Assembly: GCA_000320545.1 (NCBI GenBank)
Contig: ADNK01000778.1
Location: 62,001 to 126,000 of the forward strand
Length of the DNA stretch: 64,000 nt
Direction: 5' to 3'
Origin: Bigelowiella natans CCMP2755
Taxonomy: Eukaryota > Protista > Cercozoa
Below are positions 43,301 through 55,955 of the stretch, piece by piece (position 1 is the stretch's first letter; each line of letters opens with the position of its first letter). Made by a program: the position numbers and the translations under genes. The notes under the pieces are model-generated. The model searched no databases and was not told the DNA's origin. It saw only the letters and a list, made by a program, of their open reading frames with translations.

Positions 43301-46300
43301 ATAGAAATAGCAGAGCTTTCATGGAGGTCTAGAAGGAAGAGAGACGAGAGGAGGATAACATCGGCGACGTCATCAAAGTTAGGATAATGTGGGAGCCAAC
43401 AGCTATGTGATGGTTCAGCATTGTCGTAGTCTGCCAAGGACTAAACGCAAGTACACACACACTTTCACCACATACACACGCAGGTGCTTGTCGAGGGATC
43501 CTTCGTCCTCGTCGCAGTTGTTTTGGCTATGATTGTCGTATGTAAGGGCCAAATCCTCGCCCAGGATGATGCTGGGGACATGATGCTGCTTCTTGCAAGT
43601 AAGTACTACTTATGTTGTCGTTGTTATTGTTGCCAAACGCGAACTTTCGTACTCTGCTCCTATATGTGATCGTAATCATCACCACCACCATCATCATCAC
43701 CATCATATTTCATAGGTATTGGACGCGACTTGGAAGAGGAGGTCTGGGAGGAATTCTTCGCTTGTGTTTACTTCTACATCGAAGTTACTGGGAACGAGAT
43801 CAAGAAAATGAGTGCGTTGTTGATCTAGATTATTACCACCACATTTTACGCCACACTCACTAGCATCGTGATGGTCGTATGGCTTCATGTTTTTTGACAT
43901 AATCATTATTATCATGGATGTTGTGATTTAATATCTTGCTGACCCTCAGGAGCTGAGTTGGCCGATAGCGTTCGCAAGGCGCAGAAGAAGCTCCTCGCCA
44001 AGTGCTTCATCGGTGTCGATATCCCACCGTCTGATGATGACGAGCATAACGACGACGAAGATGACCTGGACGACGACGATGATGATGATGATGAGGCTGT
44101 ATTAACACCAAGACACTCATCGTCCGGGACTTCATCTCCAAAAAGAATAAGGAGGAGGAGAATGGAGTCAGCGGATGTGTTGTTAAACTCGCCTTCTACC
44201 CCCCCGTTAGCAAATAGAGGGATCAGAGCGACGTCGCTGATGTTGCCGCCCTCTTCATCCAGCAAACGCCGCGCGCGCTCTTCGGATATGTCAAAGAATA
44301 GAAGCAGGGATGGTAGCAAAGGCGGCAGCGGTCAAAGGGGCAGGAGCAGCAGAAGCAGAGGGCTCGACTCAAGAATTAGCGCTTCTCGTTCGCGGTCGCG
44401 ACGGCGTAGAAGGGAGAGAAAGCAAAGGTTAAAGCAGCAGAAACAACAGCAGAGGCGACAGCAGAAGTTGCCCCCTGACCTTGCATGGATGAAGAAAGTT
44501 AAGCGCATCCCCGTAAGACACATGCAGGTTCTTGTTGGCATGGGATTCTCTCCGCCTGCTGTACAACGGGCGTGCGTGGAGACGTTGGGACAGCCCCTCC
44601 AGGCAAGATTACAGTGATGATGATGATGATGTTGATGTGTTGATGATGATGATAGTAGTAGTGCGCAAAAATGATAATAATGATGATAATACAGCTGTGA
44701 AGAATAGAAAAGCAAAGGGCTAGAATCCCTATGACTCGTTGCATGTTGCTTGTAATGTATTAGCCATCCCTGTCTCTTGCTCGTTTTTATTCTTGCTCTC
44801 TCTTACCGACGGCTCATTCTCCGCACTCCACCCCTATGATGCATCTGCCTGCTTAGCCACGAACGACGATACCTGATCATCACGATAATGAAAACATATT
44901 TTAGACTACACTAGACTGGCTTCTTAGGCACGTCACTGAAGCAAAAGGAGCGGTCATACAACAACGCTTTTTTGTTGCTAACAATCACTCACTTGGTGGT
45001 GCTATCGTCGTGTAGCTGTTCATTCTATTTTTCTTTCGGTAATATGTGTTCCATTTGTTGTGTTGCTTCATTATTGTGTTGGTGATGCTAATACCAGGAG
45101 GTCGCCCAACGGCTGTCAAAGGGCACAGATGAGAAGCTGGAGCGAAGTAGTAATAGTAGTAGTAGTAGTAGTAATAATGATATTAGTAGCAGCAATTGAG
45201 CATTATTATTCGTGAGAACTCTTCGCACATTTGCAAAAATAAGATGGAATAAATCTAATCAACGCGAAACGACCTGCTCTCATCGATTTGCTCTTTCCTC
45301 TTCGTTCCGTCTGTTCAATGATCTCCTTTTCTTTCTTTCAGGCAAAAAAAAACAGCAAATGTTGAGTGTGAGGGTGCCTCCTGGAGTTGGCTCTGGGCAG
45401 TTGATTCAAGTACATAATATCTCCATCGACGGATCGCAGAAAGATCCACAATTCGCACAACCTGCACACACGCGCGCGTACACACATACATACATACAAT
45501 ACATAATGACAGCGAAATATGTGACTCGCCTATTACATTGTTTGCATGCGTGTGCTACGACTGCATTACGTGGCGTCCCTCTTGTCTCTCTGTCAGAAAT
45601 ACACCCATCATCGCTTGTAATTCTTGAATAATTCTCCGTGTAAGTAAGTATTATGATCGATCGGGGACATGATGGATATGCTCTGTGTATGAATTATGTT
45701 GAAATAATCAGGTTAAAACGCCATACGGAAGGCTTCTCCGGGTTCGCGTACCTCATGGTAGTATGATATAATTGAGAACGAGTGGTGGTAGAGAATGCTG
45801 CTGGGAAATTGTTTTGCACCTGTGGTAGCAGCAGCAGCAGCAGCAGCTGTGCAGAAAATAGAGAAAGTTTTGATCATAAAAGGGAGGAAGTATGGGTCGT
45901 AGCCGTCGATTTAGTGTTCTGCGTGCTCCTTATTCTCCTCTCACCCTCCGCTCCTCATACTGCTTTACCATTCTATACAAATAAACACACATGAATACAC
46001 GCACACCCATACACACATTGACAGGCTATCGATCTGGCATGCAGTTCTTAGTGGAGTACAATGATCGAAAGATTCCGTCGTCGGATGAGACTAAGGTAGT
46101 AATCAGCTGAGACTGTCCTGCCTTCCTTCATCCCAGTAGGAAGAAGGATGAGAAGGAGTAGTAGTTGTTGGAATAAGAAAGAAGAAGTGCGAGGATTGGC
46201 AAGAAAAGGAGACGATGACGAATAATGATGAGATAGTGAGAAAGAGAATGATGTCATATTTTCATTCATATCAGCGAAGGAAACCCGAGCGCAAATCCGG

Positions 46301-46799
46301 CGGTAAGCAATCAGAACATTATGTGATTCTTGAAGTACTGATGCTGCTGCTGCTGATGATGATGATGATGATAGTGAGAGACGATGATGATGATAATGAT
46401 GATGATGATGATGATGAGGATAATGCCGTAGGTGCTAGTGAGCTGGAGGCAGGTGAAGGAGAAGGAGGAGGAAGAGGAGAGCTGAGACTGAAGTTTCGGG
46501 TTCCTGCCAACGCCAAGCCAGGACAAACAGTGTTTGTTAAGACACCAGAAGGGTGTGTTTCTACTCAAAGAAGAAGAGAATAGATTAAAGAAACAATTTA
46601 AGATGGTTTTGGGAGGGAGTGAGGGAGTGAGGGGGGGTCTATTAACACACACGGGGGGTCTATTAACACACACTTGAATTCTTGCTTGCCTGCTAAAATT
46701 GAAATGACAAACTCTACTAAATGTTGTCACATATAGTACACACGTGTGCACACACACACACACACATACAAATATATATTTTATGGAAAATATATATAC

Positions 46800-46838
<39 letters not shown>

Positions 46839-47243
46839 CCGATGGATTCGTCGTTGTGTGTTCCCCCTTGTCCTCCTCATGCATCTGATCTGACCTATTA
46901 TGGGCGTTGTTGCTATCATCACATACCCCCACATCGAAGGCAAAGACTGAAGGTGATACTACCGAAGTCAGCATACCCTGGGAAGCAACTCAAGGTTAAC
47001 TATACACTCACATCGTCGCCTGCGCCATCGAATAGAACAAATAGATCGGTGGGAGAAGGTAAGCCAAAAGGGCAGCAGCAGCGCCCTTCCTCCGTCCCTC
47101 CTCGTTCTGCCCCCGCTCCTCCGTCAACGGAAAGGCGGGAGGTGTCCTGCCAGCAAAAACCCTTCGGCCTCAATATAGAAGGTGGCCACTAATACAGTAA
47201 CACAACGCGTTTCTTGTCGTCCACTTCTTCATTAACAGTATTT

Positions 47244-47279
<36 letters not shown>

Positions 47280-48610
47280 GAAGCTACGTTACGTATCAGA
47301 TGGCACGTTGATGGTCTCGAAGGTCAGAGGGATTGCAAAGCAGATGGGGGTATGTACTATAAAGATGTATTTTCCGAAAGGGGGGGGGAAAGTAACTTTG
47401 AGGGATAAAAGCACCATACCTCTCTAACTGATCTCTCGAAGTAATGTTGACCAATATCACCATATTATCATTATCATCATTTTTTCATTTCTTTCTGGCG
47501 CAACATCTTCAGATCCAACCCGGAGACGTTATCGAAAGCATCGCTGGAAGCAAAGTTACGCCTTACTCTTGGAAGAAGGTCATATTAGTCCTAGCTCTTC
47601 GTGAGTGAAAGAGAGAGAGATGGGAAGAGGGAAGGAAGAAGCATTTGATGCCTCGCATAACTAAGGGATTCATAACACTTCTGTTCTTGTCTAATTATTG
47701 TAACTGAGAATAAATGGTTCTTTGAACGAAGAAGATACATTCTCAAACAGATTTAGTTTTATTGGCTTTTATTGGCTTTCTATCGTCACCCCTCCCTCTT
47801 ATGACTCCCCCCTCCTTCTCTTTTCAGGCATATATCGAGGCGATTTGTCCTTTCCCAATAGTCCTTGTGACTTCTACTCAAAGAAGGCACAATAGTAGCA
47901 GTAGTAGCATCATCAACCATCGTGCCGTTGAAAATACAGGCGATTCTTCAACCTCTCGTCAATCACTACTACAACGACGCAAAGTAACAGTGTGGAAGAC
48001 CCCGTTTGGAATGACATGTAACCAGGTAAAATGTGTTGTCTGTCTGCTTACTTACTAGCAGCCAAATCCTTGTCGATGATAAATAATACTTTGCATTCTT
48101 CATCTTACTATTGTTGTTGTTGCTCAAGGCTTATGGCAGTGCAGTGGTGGTGTCGAAGGTGGAGGGAGAGGCTGCTCGGTGCAATGTGTGTCCCGGAGAT
48201 AGATTAGAAAAAATCGCCGGTCAACGTGTCCAACAAAATACGTGGAAAGAGATATTCGAGTCGGCCTGCAAGCAGCTGCCTTTCGAGATCGTGCTTCTCC
48301 CTGCTGCTGCCACTGCTAATGCAGCTAGTGCTACCACTCCTCCACCCTCGTCGTCGTCTTCGACTTCCACCCACGCTCCTATCCATCGCAAGCAGCAGCA
48401 ACAACAACACAGATTACTACAATCAAGGACCTCTCCTATTGGTCAAGACGGAACGATATCCCTCAGCTTTGATGCCACGAAGCCAATTGGCATCGAACTC
48501 AAAGAGTCAGTGCTAGTACTACTAGTAGTTGTTGAACTAATAGTAATACTTTTTATTGTTGTTGTTGCAAAATGAACACGATGAAATTTCATCTTCCACG
48601 CGATGATAGG

Positions 48611-48643
<33 letters not shown>

Positions 48644-49614
48644 AACTACAACTACTACTACAGCAATAGCTGTTGCCACCATGAACATCACAGAAACCCA
48701 TTTTCCACTCTGAATTCCGAATCGTTCGTCATTCTTGTGCATCACAATGAAGGTCCGATGGACGCTTACTGGTTCTCGGAACTGAGCCGGGAAAGCAAGC
48801 AGCAGGTCGCGTAAGCAACGGATGGCAGCTTCTCAGTATTGCAGGCGTATCTGTTAAGACGCAGCGGGAAGTAGGAGCTGTAATGCGGAAGCATAGGCGC
48901 CAAAACGCACCTCCAGTGCAGATGGTGTTCGATATTTGCTTGCCGGTATCGCGTAGAACTTCCATAGCTCCCCCAAAAGGCCCCCCACCCCCCAGTGCAA
49001 AGTGGGCCTCGGAGCTTGAGACACTGGTTGGTGTTGTGAGTGCATGTGAGGAGGGTAGATGTGCCGGACGAAAGCTTGGCTCTGTCTAATTACTGTTGTT
49101 GGTGTTCTTTGTCGCACCTGTCGCACGCATTCTTGTCTTAGACATGCAACATTGCTGTGGCGAGTAGCGTGGGAGTCTCTTCATCTCCTTTTTCCTTACC
49201 GAGATGCATGAATGCCATACCACTCAACAACGATGATATGTGCATGTTCAGGTGGATATGGGGCTCACAAATACCAGCGCAAACATCGTGGCTTTAGAGA
49301 AAACCAACGGGCAAATCAACGATGCAATTTCCATGTTACTTTCATCTGCTGATACCAAACGCTCAAGCAGTAGCGGTGGTGGAAAACGGAGCAGTGCTGA
49401 TTCCGGCAGTTTTAGCTCTTCAAGGCCAGGACAAGGATCAGCGTCTTCGTCAAGAAGAGCTTCGAATGAAAATGATTACCGTCACAAAATGGCCCAATTG
49501 CGTGGAATGGGATTCGACAATGATCGACAGGCTGCTGCAGCACTAGCAAGTGCAAATGGGGACGTAAATGCTGCATGTGCGATGCTGATTAGCGAACAAA
49601 GTGCAAAGAAGTAA
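40367..49614 (+). CDS. TBC (Rab-GAP) protein with UBA, two VP-x-G/PG repeat modules, three PDZ-like and two C-terminal UBA domains
   Basis: IRSLLWEVCS, EQIDKDIHRT, LRNVLRAFSIHHPKIGYCQSMNFVAG, EERTFWVL, MPTDYY (TBC). LVGMGFSPPAVQRAC..TTLDWLL (UBA). KPFGLNIE, TPFGMTC, KPIGIELK (PDZ). LVDMGL..ALEKTNGQINDAISMLL and LRGMGFDNDRQAAAALASANGDVNAACAML (UBA). Stop at 49612-49614. Confidence 0.85.
46632..46673 (+). repeat. 21-bp tandem duplication in an intron
   Basis: GGGGGGTCTATTAACACACAC repeated twice. Confidence 0.9.
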
Positions 49615-50728
49615 TGACATCTTATGTCAAAAATCGATGCATCTTATTCCCATTGTAGCCATGCGAACATTGAATCATTTGTGGCATTTGCTGTTTGCAA
49701 TTGAGAACATTGCAAGTTGTCAAGAAAGACGAACACGCACGTGCACGCTGGCGCGTGCTGTTTGTGTTGTCTGGCTTCGATGACTTGGTGCGGCGAGGAT
49801 GCGTGCCACGCCAGCACGTGCGTGCGTGCAGTGCACAAACGTGCATGCCACATTGCTGCAATGAGCGGCGCAGCTGCACGCTAGCTGTGTGCGAACGTGT
49901 GTTGTTGCTGATGCCAACAACATTGCACGACGCTGTTTCATTGAACAGCAAATCGTTGCACGTGCAGAGCTGTCGTTGCATCGCACCGCTTTCGATTTTG
50001 CTTGTTGCTGTCTAGCTGTGTGTGTTGTTTCAAAACGGCACTTTGCTCCGAAACTGCATTTTGTGCAATGCTTGCTTGGTCATGATCCTCATCGTCGTCG
50101 CAAACCGATGCTTCTTCGGTGGTGTCGCACTCCTGGACTTGCAGGTTCAAGCACGAGGTGGTTGGCGATGGAACCTGTGATTTCCTGATTTCTCTGCTCG
50201 TACAACACATCTTAAATGAAAACGTGAAATACGCAATGCAATTGTGACGTGCGACAAGAAAGTTACACATCGTTGGTCTTCACGTGATAATGTTGCATAG
50301 CACATTCAGAGCAATAGGAAGGAACCTGCTAGCTTTGTGGAGAGGCGATAGCGAAAGTGAAGGCTATTTTTTGACAAACAGAAACGACACTTGCCTCAAC
50401 AGAAAGTTATCAGCTTCTGGGTGGAAAATTGGTGGCACTGCTTTCGACTGAGTGCCCATTGAAATTTTGGGTGAGTTCAAGGAGTTTTGTGGGGACGACA
50501 CGCGACAATCAAAGGCTTATCCAAACGTAATACCTGGATTTAAACGGCATGTGTTCATTCACATTTAACTTGATTGTATCAGTCGTATAATAAAAACGTT
50601 CTGTACATTATGATTCTTTTGCTACCCAAATCGTTGAAATTCATCTGAAATCGCTGTTGAAGAAATCCTGATCAAATCGGTACTCTCTGCAGCCCCTTTC
50701 GCCCCCAGAGAAGTGCCTTAGTTGGAAC

Positions 50729-51748
50729 ATGCGTACTTTGCTCATCCTCACCGTATTTACGGCTCAGGCCTATAGCGTACTGAATGCTCAGGCACAACAT
50801 GCAGTTATCGCTGGAAGGCACGTAGGGAAATTTAAGACAAAAAAAGAGGCTGTAGTCATCGTAGGCGCTAGATTCGGTGAGGTTCCTCAAAGGACCATCG
50901 CCATGCTGGAGAAGCTAGATCGTGATCACTTCGCTCCGTTTTTATTCTATGACGGAGATGTAAGGAACATTACTGATTGGCTTCCAAATACATCATTTCC
51001 ACAACTCCCCATGCACCGCAGAAAAGAAATGACTTTCCTGAAACAAGCATATAGAAGATTTAGCGGCATGTGGAAGTGCCCATCAAAACCCTTTCAAACT
51101 CGATGGCTGGCATCGCAAAACGATTTTGATCGCGCATGGTTCATTGAAGAGGATGTTTACTTCAACGTAATACTAATACCCATTTACTCATGGTTTTCGT
51201 CCTGGCAGCACGCACAGCAACAGTCTCATTTGTTCTTTTTTGTTCGAATTAATAGGGCAACTGGAACAAATTTCTCAAAAGCTTACACAAACGACGACTC
51301 CGATCTACTTGCTTGTGGCTTCAGGTACAATACAAATAATCCTAGAAAAGATCCTTTAGTAGAGGCATGCGAAGTGTGCCATGGCAAACACGTTCATGGC
51401 TTGATCTCCATCCATCGCCTTTCGAAGAACTTGGCAAGGAAAACCATCAAGACACTACTTGCAAATAAAACCGGCCACCATGAATACTTTATGCCAACTG
51501 TATGCTATCTCGATGGCGAATGTAACCTGAGGACGATTAGTAAAGATAAATGGATTGGGTCATTCCACTTCCGCCCCGCAATAGATCCTTCAAGCATGTA
51601 TAAGGACAAACTCTACCATCCAGTGAAACACTGGATTGAAGCAGATCCAAAACTTGAGCTAGTTGAGGACTATGACGATTTGAAGGAGGAAATAGAAAGG
51701 ACATGGAAGTCAGAACCCATTCAGAAGATTCCTGCAGGATATGAATAG
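50729..51748 (+). CDS. Secreted glycosyltransferase-like protein (GT-A/DUF3405-like); one intron and an apparent 1-nt frameshift
   Basis: Signal peptide MRTLLILTVFTAQAYS. FDRAWFIEEDVYFN|GNW, DDSDLL, IHRLSKNL, GHHEYFMPTVC and LYHPVK resemble the WxxExDVxFxGxW...RLS...E...PT...HPVK pattern. GT-AG intron at 51167-51255. Confidence 0.6.
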   Translation: MRTLLILTVFTAQAYSVLNAQAQHAVIAGRHVGKFKTKKEAVVIVGARFGEVPQRTIAMLEKLDRDHFAPFLFYDGDVRNITDWLPNTSFPQLPMHRRKEMTFLKQAYRRFSGMWKCPSKPFQTRWLASQNDFDRAWFIEEDVYFNVILIPIYSWFSSWQHAQQQSHLFFFVRINRATGTNFSKAYTNDDSDLLACGFRYNTNNPRKDPLVEACEVCHGKHVHGLISIHRLSKNLARKTIKTLLANKTGHHEYFMPTVCYLDGECNLRTISKDKWIGSFHFRPAIDPSSMYKDKLYHPVKHWIEADPKLELVEDYDDLKEEIERTWKSEPIQKIPAGYE

Positions 51749-52363
51749 ATCGTATCGTAAGCTGGTCATGTACGTGGTGTCGTTCGTGGATACTGACTAC
51801 CGCACATCAATCTAAACACAGTGCTTTATAGCATCTAGCATAGGGCTCGCAATATTAAAGTATGCAAGGAAAAGTAGCGGCACAGGCCCAATAATGCTAA
51901 TTCTGGAATTTTGGCACAGCGTCTATTATTTAAGCATTTTGTGTATCGTAAATGTCGTGCATATCGTAGTGTATGTACATTTTTTTTTGCATCGGATCTC
52001 ACATCGCAGCTAATGCAATTATTGCTTGTGTGGCACCGCACGCTTGCGTATTTGCAAGCACATGTCATAGAGATCCATGCGATGTTGGTAAATGTTGTGA
52101 ATCATCGACCAATTTTATAAATGCAATGTGTCATGGATTTAAGATGTTATATCAACATGCACGCTGCACAGCTAGTCGTCATGTAGCTGTAGTGCAACAA
52201 TGCCGCCAATTGAGCAACGTTTAACAATTCTACATCATTGGTGTCATGTGCTAGCTAGCTACCGCTAGGCCGAAAGCGACACGACAACCACATGATCAGA
52301 TAACTTTCTTCATCAAATGTTGCTTTCGCAGCACTACACGTTCGTGATTATTCACAATAATTC

Positions 52364-54680
52364 TCAATCAAATCTAGCGACAACACATGTGATGTCATCA
52401 TGGTAGGCCTTGTTTGTCTTGAGGTCCCACATCTTACGTGCTTCTTCAACCAGGGTTTCTCCTCCCTGCAACGCATACGATTATTGTGATACACGGTAAA
52501 CGATTCCAAGATTGGAATATCTAAACATCTTTCTCTATGGCAAACCTTCGAGATCTCGCCAAGATTACGGTAAAGAATACGAGCAACTGTTGAATTGGAG
52601 AGCCACTCCCAAATACCTATGCAGCAGTGTGCGAAACAGAGATATTGGGAGTGTTTACAAGTGCTATGCGATATGCCTCCACATACATTTGCACGAGTTG
52701 CATGTACGCATGAACGTAGTACCGTCTGATGCCCACACAACGAATAAGTCGGAGCTGGTAAGTTCATGAGATTTGAATTCAGGGATGGCTTTAAGACCTA
52801 AGATGATGATGATGATGATGATGATGATGATAACGACGCGAAAAACCTTCAAATAACTATTTTGAGATCAGTCGCAATACCAATTCCTTCTCCCCAGAAG
52901 TCACCAACAGTGCGCGTAACAGCCAACCCAGGGAAATCAGCATATCGCGGAAGCACACGCATCGGTTGGTTCGGTCCAAGCTTGGCACACCTATTATTTC
53001 GTGTAGTGATTATCGATAATGCTTATAGAGCTATTCTCTTCTGATCTCTCACCTGCCTCCGGAGGTAATTATTCTCTCCCTCTCTGAAGGGTCAGTAGGC
53101 TTATGATCACGCGACAGGGGAAGCGAAGATAGGGTGCCTACCATACCACCGTCTCCCTCTTCTTTACCATCCTCATTTTTCTTCTTCTTTCTCATCACTT
53201 TACGAATCAGCACCGCGCGTGAGTCCCCGACGTTTGCGGTGTGGAGAACGTCGCCAACTCGCAGCGAAACGCACATCGTTGTTCCTGTTCATAGATAGCA
53301 GTTATGTGTTTGCTCTGCTGCTGCTGCTGCTGCTGCATCTGCGAAGCGTTGCACTTACATTCATATATCATAGTGGCGCGAACATGTCCAAAGCTCCATT
53401 CAGAGGGGAGGGGCGTCAATGTATGTACATAGTTGTGTGTGTGTGTGTGTTTATAATTTATCACCAGAAGTGCTGACGTCGAATCTTGGCGTCTTGGATT
53501 TGTCCTGGGACTTGCCGTTTGCCTGCACTGTTTTGAGTTCCGCAATGACTCTGCTGATCATCTCCTTGATCAAAGGCTTCGGATCCACCTTCACAACAAA
53601 CAAACAAACAACAACGGCACGCAGCAGCGTCCAACACCATCACAATCGAATTCAACGCAAAATGAAGTCAGTAGAATGATATATCGGTCATCGATCTTCT
53701 TTCGACTCCAAACGAACGCCACGCTAATCTCTACTACTACTACTACTAATGATGATAATGATCATGACCATGATGATAGTCTCACAGCAGCAGCAGAATG
53801 ATAATTGCGTGGGTATAAATCTACCCTAAATTTCTGCTCTTTATCCGCCTTGACAAGATCCGCAAGAATGTCGGGGAGAAGGCTCTTGACGTACTCTGAC
53901 ACCTCGTGACCGTCATCGCCATGGCCATCAAGAACACCGAACATGTCCACGTCTTCCAGCCCAGCGATATTCCGAATGATAATACCACGATCCTGTGAAA
54001 CAACGAAATGATGACGACAACGACGACGATGACGACGATGATGATAATTGATGAATAACACGTGAAGCAGTAGTAGTAGTGGTAGTAGTAGGAAGTAGCG
54101 CTAATAGTAGAAGTCATTATAATCAGGAAGGAGGAGAGAAAAGAGTTCTCTCCTCCCTCCCTCCCTCCCTCCCTCCCTCCTCGATGATAAAAAAGCAATC
54201 CTTCGTTACCTGATTTCGCTTACGTTTGGTGGGGTCTGTCTTGTTTGCCATGAAGCCTGCACGCGTACACAGGGAGGTTGCGATGCCGCCATGTCCTTGT
54301 CCACCGCCTTCACCACCTCCATGACGCACAAAGATGTGAGCTGCTTCGATGAGTTTCAGCTGTCTCAACTGAGGCAACATGATCTTCACTTTGGAGGCGT
54401 CTGGTGCTGCTGGTTGGAAGATGACCCCCGCGGTCATGATCTACAAACAATGGTATTATTCGGAAGCAAAGAGGCGTCTGTTAAGTCACGTAGAACGACA
54501 AGAGAGGAGTTATTGTTGAAGGGGGAACAGCGGCGGAACCAAGAAAATCTAGGCATCCTCTTCCTCCTCCTCCTCCTCCTCATAATCATCATATTCATCA
54601 TGCAGCTATTGGCATAGCTGCGCTTCGCTCCAATCCTCCATTTTCACAAGCACGCCCTCCGGAAATAGTAATCTATAACA

Positions 54681-54720
<40 letters not shown>

Positions 54721-55613
54721 GCATGAACCTTCTGTTCTGTGAGCCAGACCCACACCTCATCGGACTTCTTAAGCGACGAAAGATCATCAGGTGTTTTCTT
54801 CAGCTTGACCAGATGCTCAACCTTGGCTTTGAATTCGTTGGTGCCGGACCTCGTGTTGATGGGCTTCACAAGTACCATAGTCGAAGAGGAGGAACCTTTA
54901 GACTCCTCGTCGTTGCTTCCAGCGATTACTTCGCAGGGAGATGGACCAGCACTTGTCAGCTTGGAGTCTGAAATGATGATGATTGAAGATGAGGATGATG
55001 ATGATGATGATGGGGGTGATGAGGATGGGGATACGTGGGGGAGGCAGATAGATAATCGATATTGAAATTAACGATTTCACAATTGAATAATAATAATAGA
55101 AATTAAATGGGGAGGGGGAGGAAGCGGTGGAAAGTTTTTATTTCAGGCGGAGTTGATGCTGCAGTGGCAGCTGTACATAAAGTTTGAAAATGACAGTTCA
55201 ATATAGGAAGAACATGCACAGATCAACGTCTCATCACTGTCATCCTTTAGCTCCTCCTCTTTATCCTCTTCTCCCTTTTCTGTTCTTCTTACCGAATAAA
55301 ACTTTATCTCCGACAGTGAAAGATTCTTGCTCCTCGATGTCCACTTGCTCCTCTCCCTCCTCCAACGCATCAGCAGCATCTGCAGAAGTAGAAGTAGCAG
55401 TTCCACTGTCACCCTGCTGTTGCGATCCTGCTCCGCCTCCCTGCTGCTGCTTCTCCTCTTCCTTGGCCTTCTCCTCCTCACCTTCTCCCTTTTTCATCGT
55501 TTCGCTGGCAGTGTTTGCAGCTGCTGCTGCTTGTTGGGCTCCCCCTTCCACAGCCCTGCTATGTCGCATAATGATACGAATTAGGAACAAGAAGAGACTC
55601 TATATCTGGGAGT

Positions 55614-55646
<33 letters not shown>

Positions 55647-55922
55647 CCAGAGGAGGTGATGTTGCTGGTGATTTAAGGGTTGTTATTACATTTGCGAGGC
55701 CTGCTCCTCAGGTATGTTCATTCGAATGTACGCACGCTCTAGCTTCTCCTCGTTGCCGTAGCCTGAGTACTTTACCAGGTACCTTGGAGGAAAGAATACG
55801 GAAGAGGGGGAAGGAGGGGAGAGGTATGACGAGCACGGCTTTAAAAAGGTGGTGGTTCCTCAGATACACCAATCGAGATCAGTAGAAGGTGATGAGGGTT
55901 GATGCTGATGTAATTACGTGAA

Positions 55923-55955
<33 letters not shown>

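Noticed and set aside
46311-46943. 210-aa minus-strand ORF
   Set aside because: Antisense to TBC gene exons and made of SSR-derived runs.
49601-50270. Cys/His-rich overlapping ORFs in 3' zones (also 19002-19458, 34903-35347, 5784-6743)
   Set aside because: By-products of the TGCA/CATG-rich composition; no domain motifs or splice structure.
55184-55885. 233-aa plus-strand ORF
   Set aside because: Antisense shadow of the low-complexity PP2C linker exons and introns; no independent motifs.
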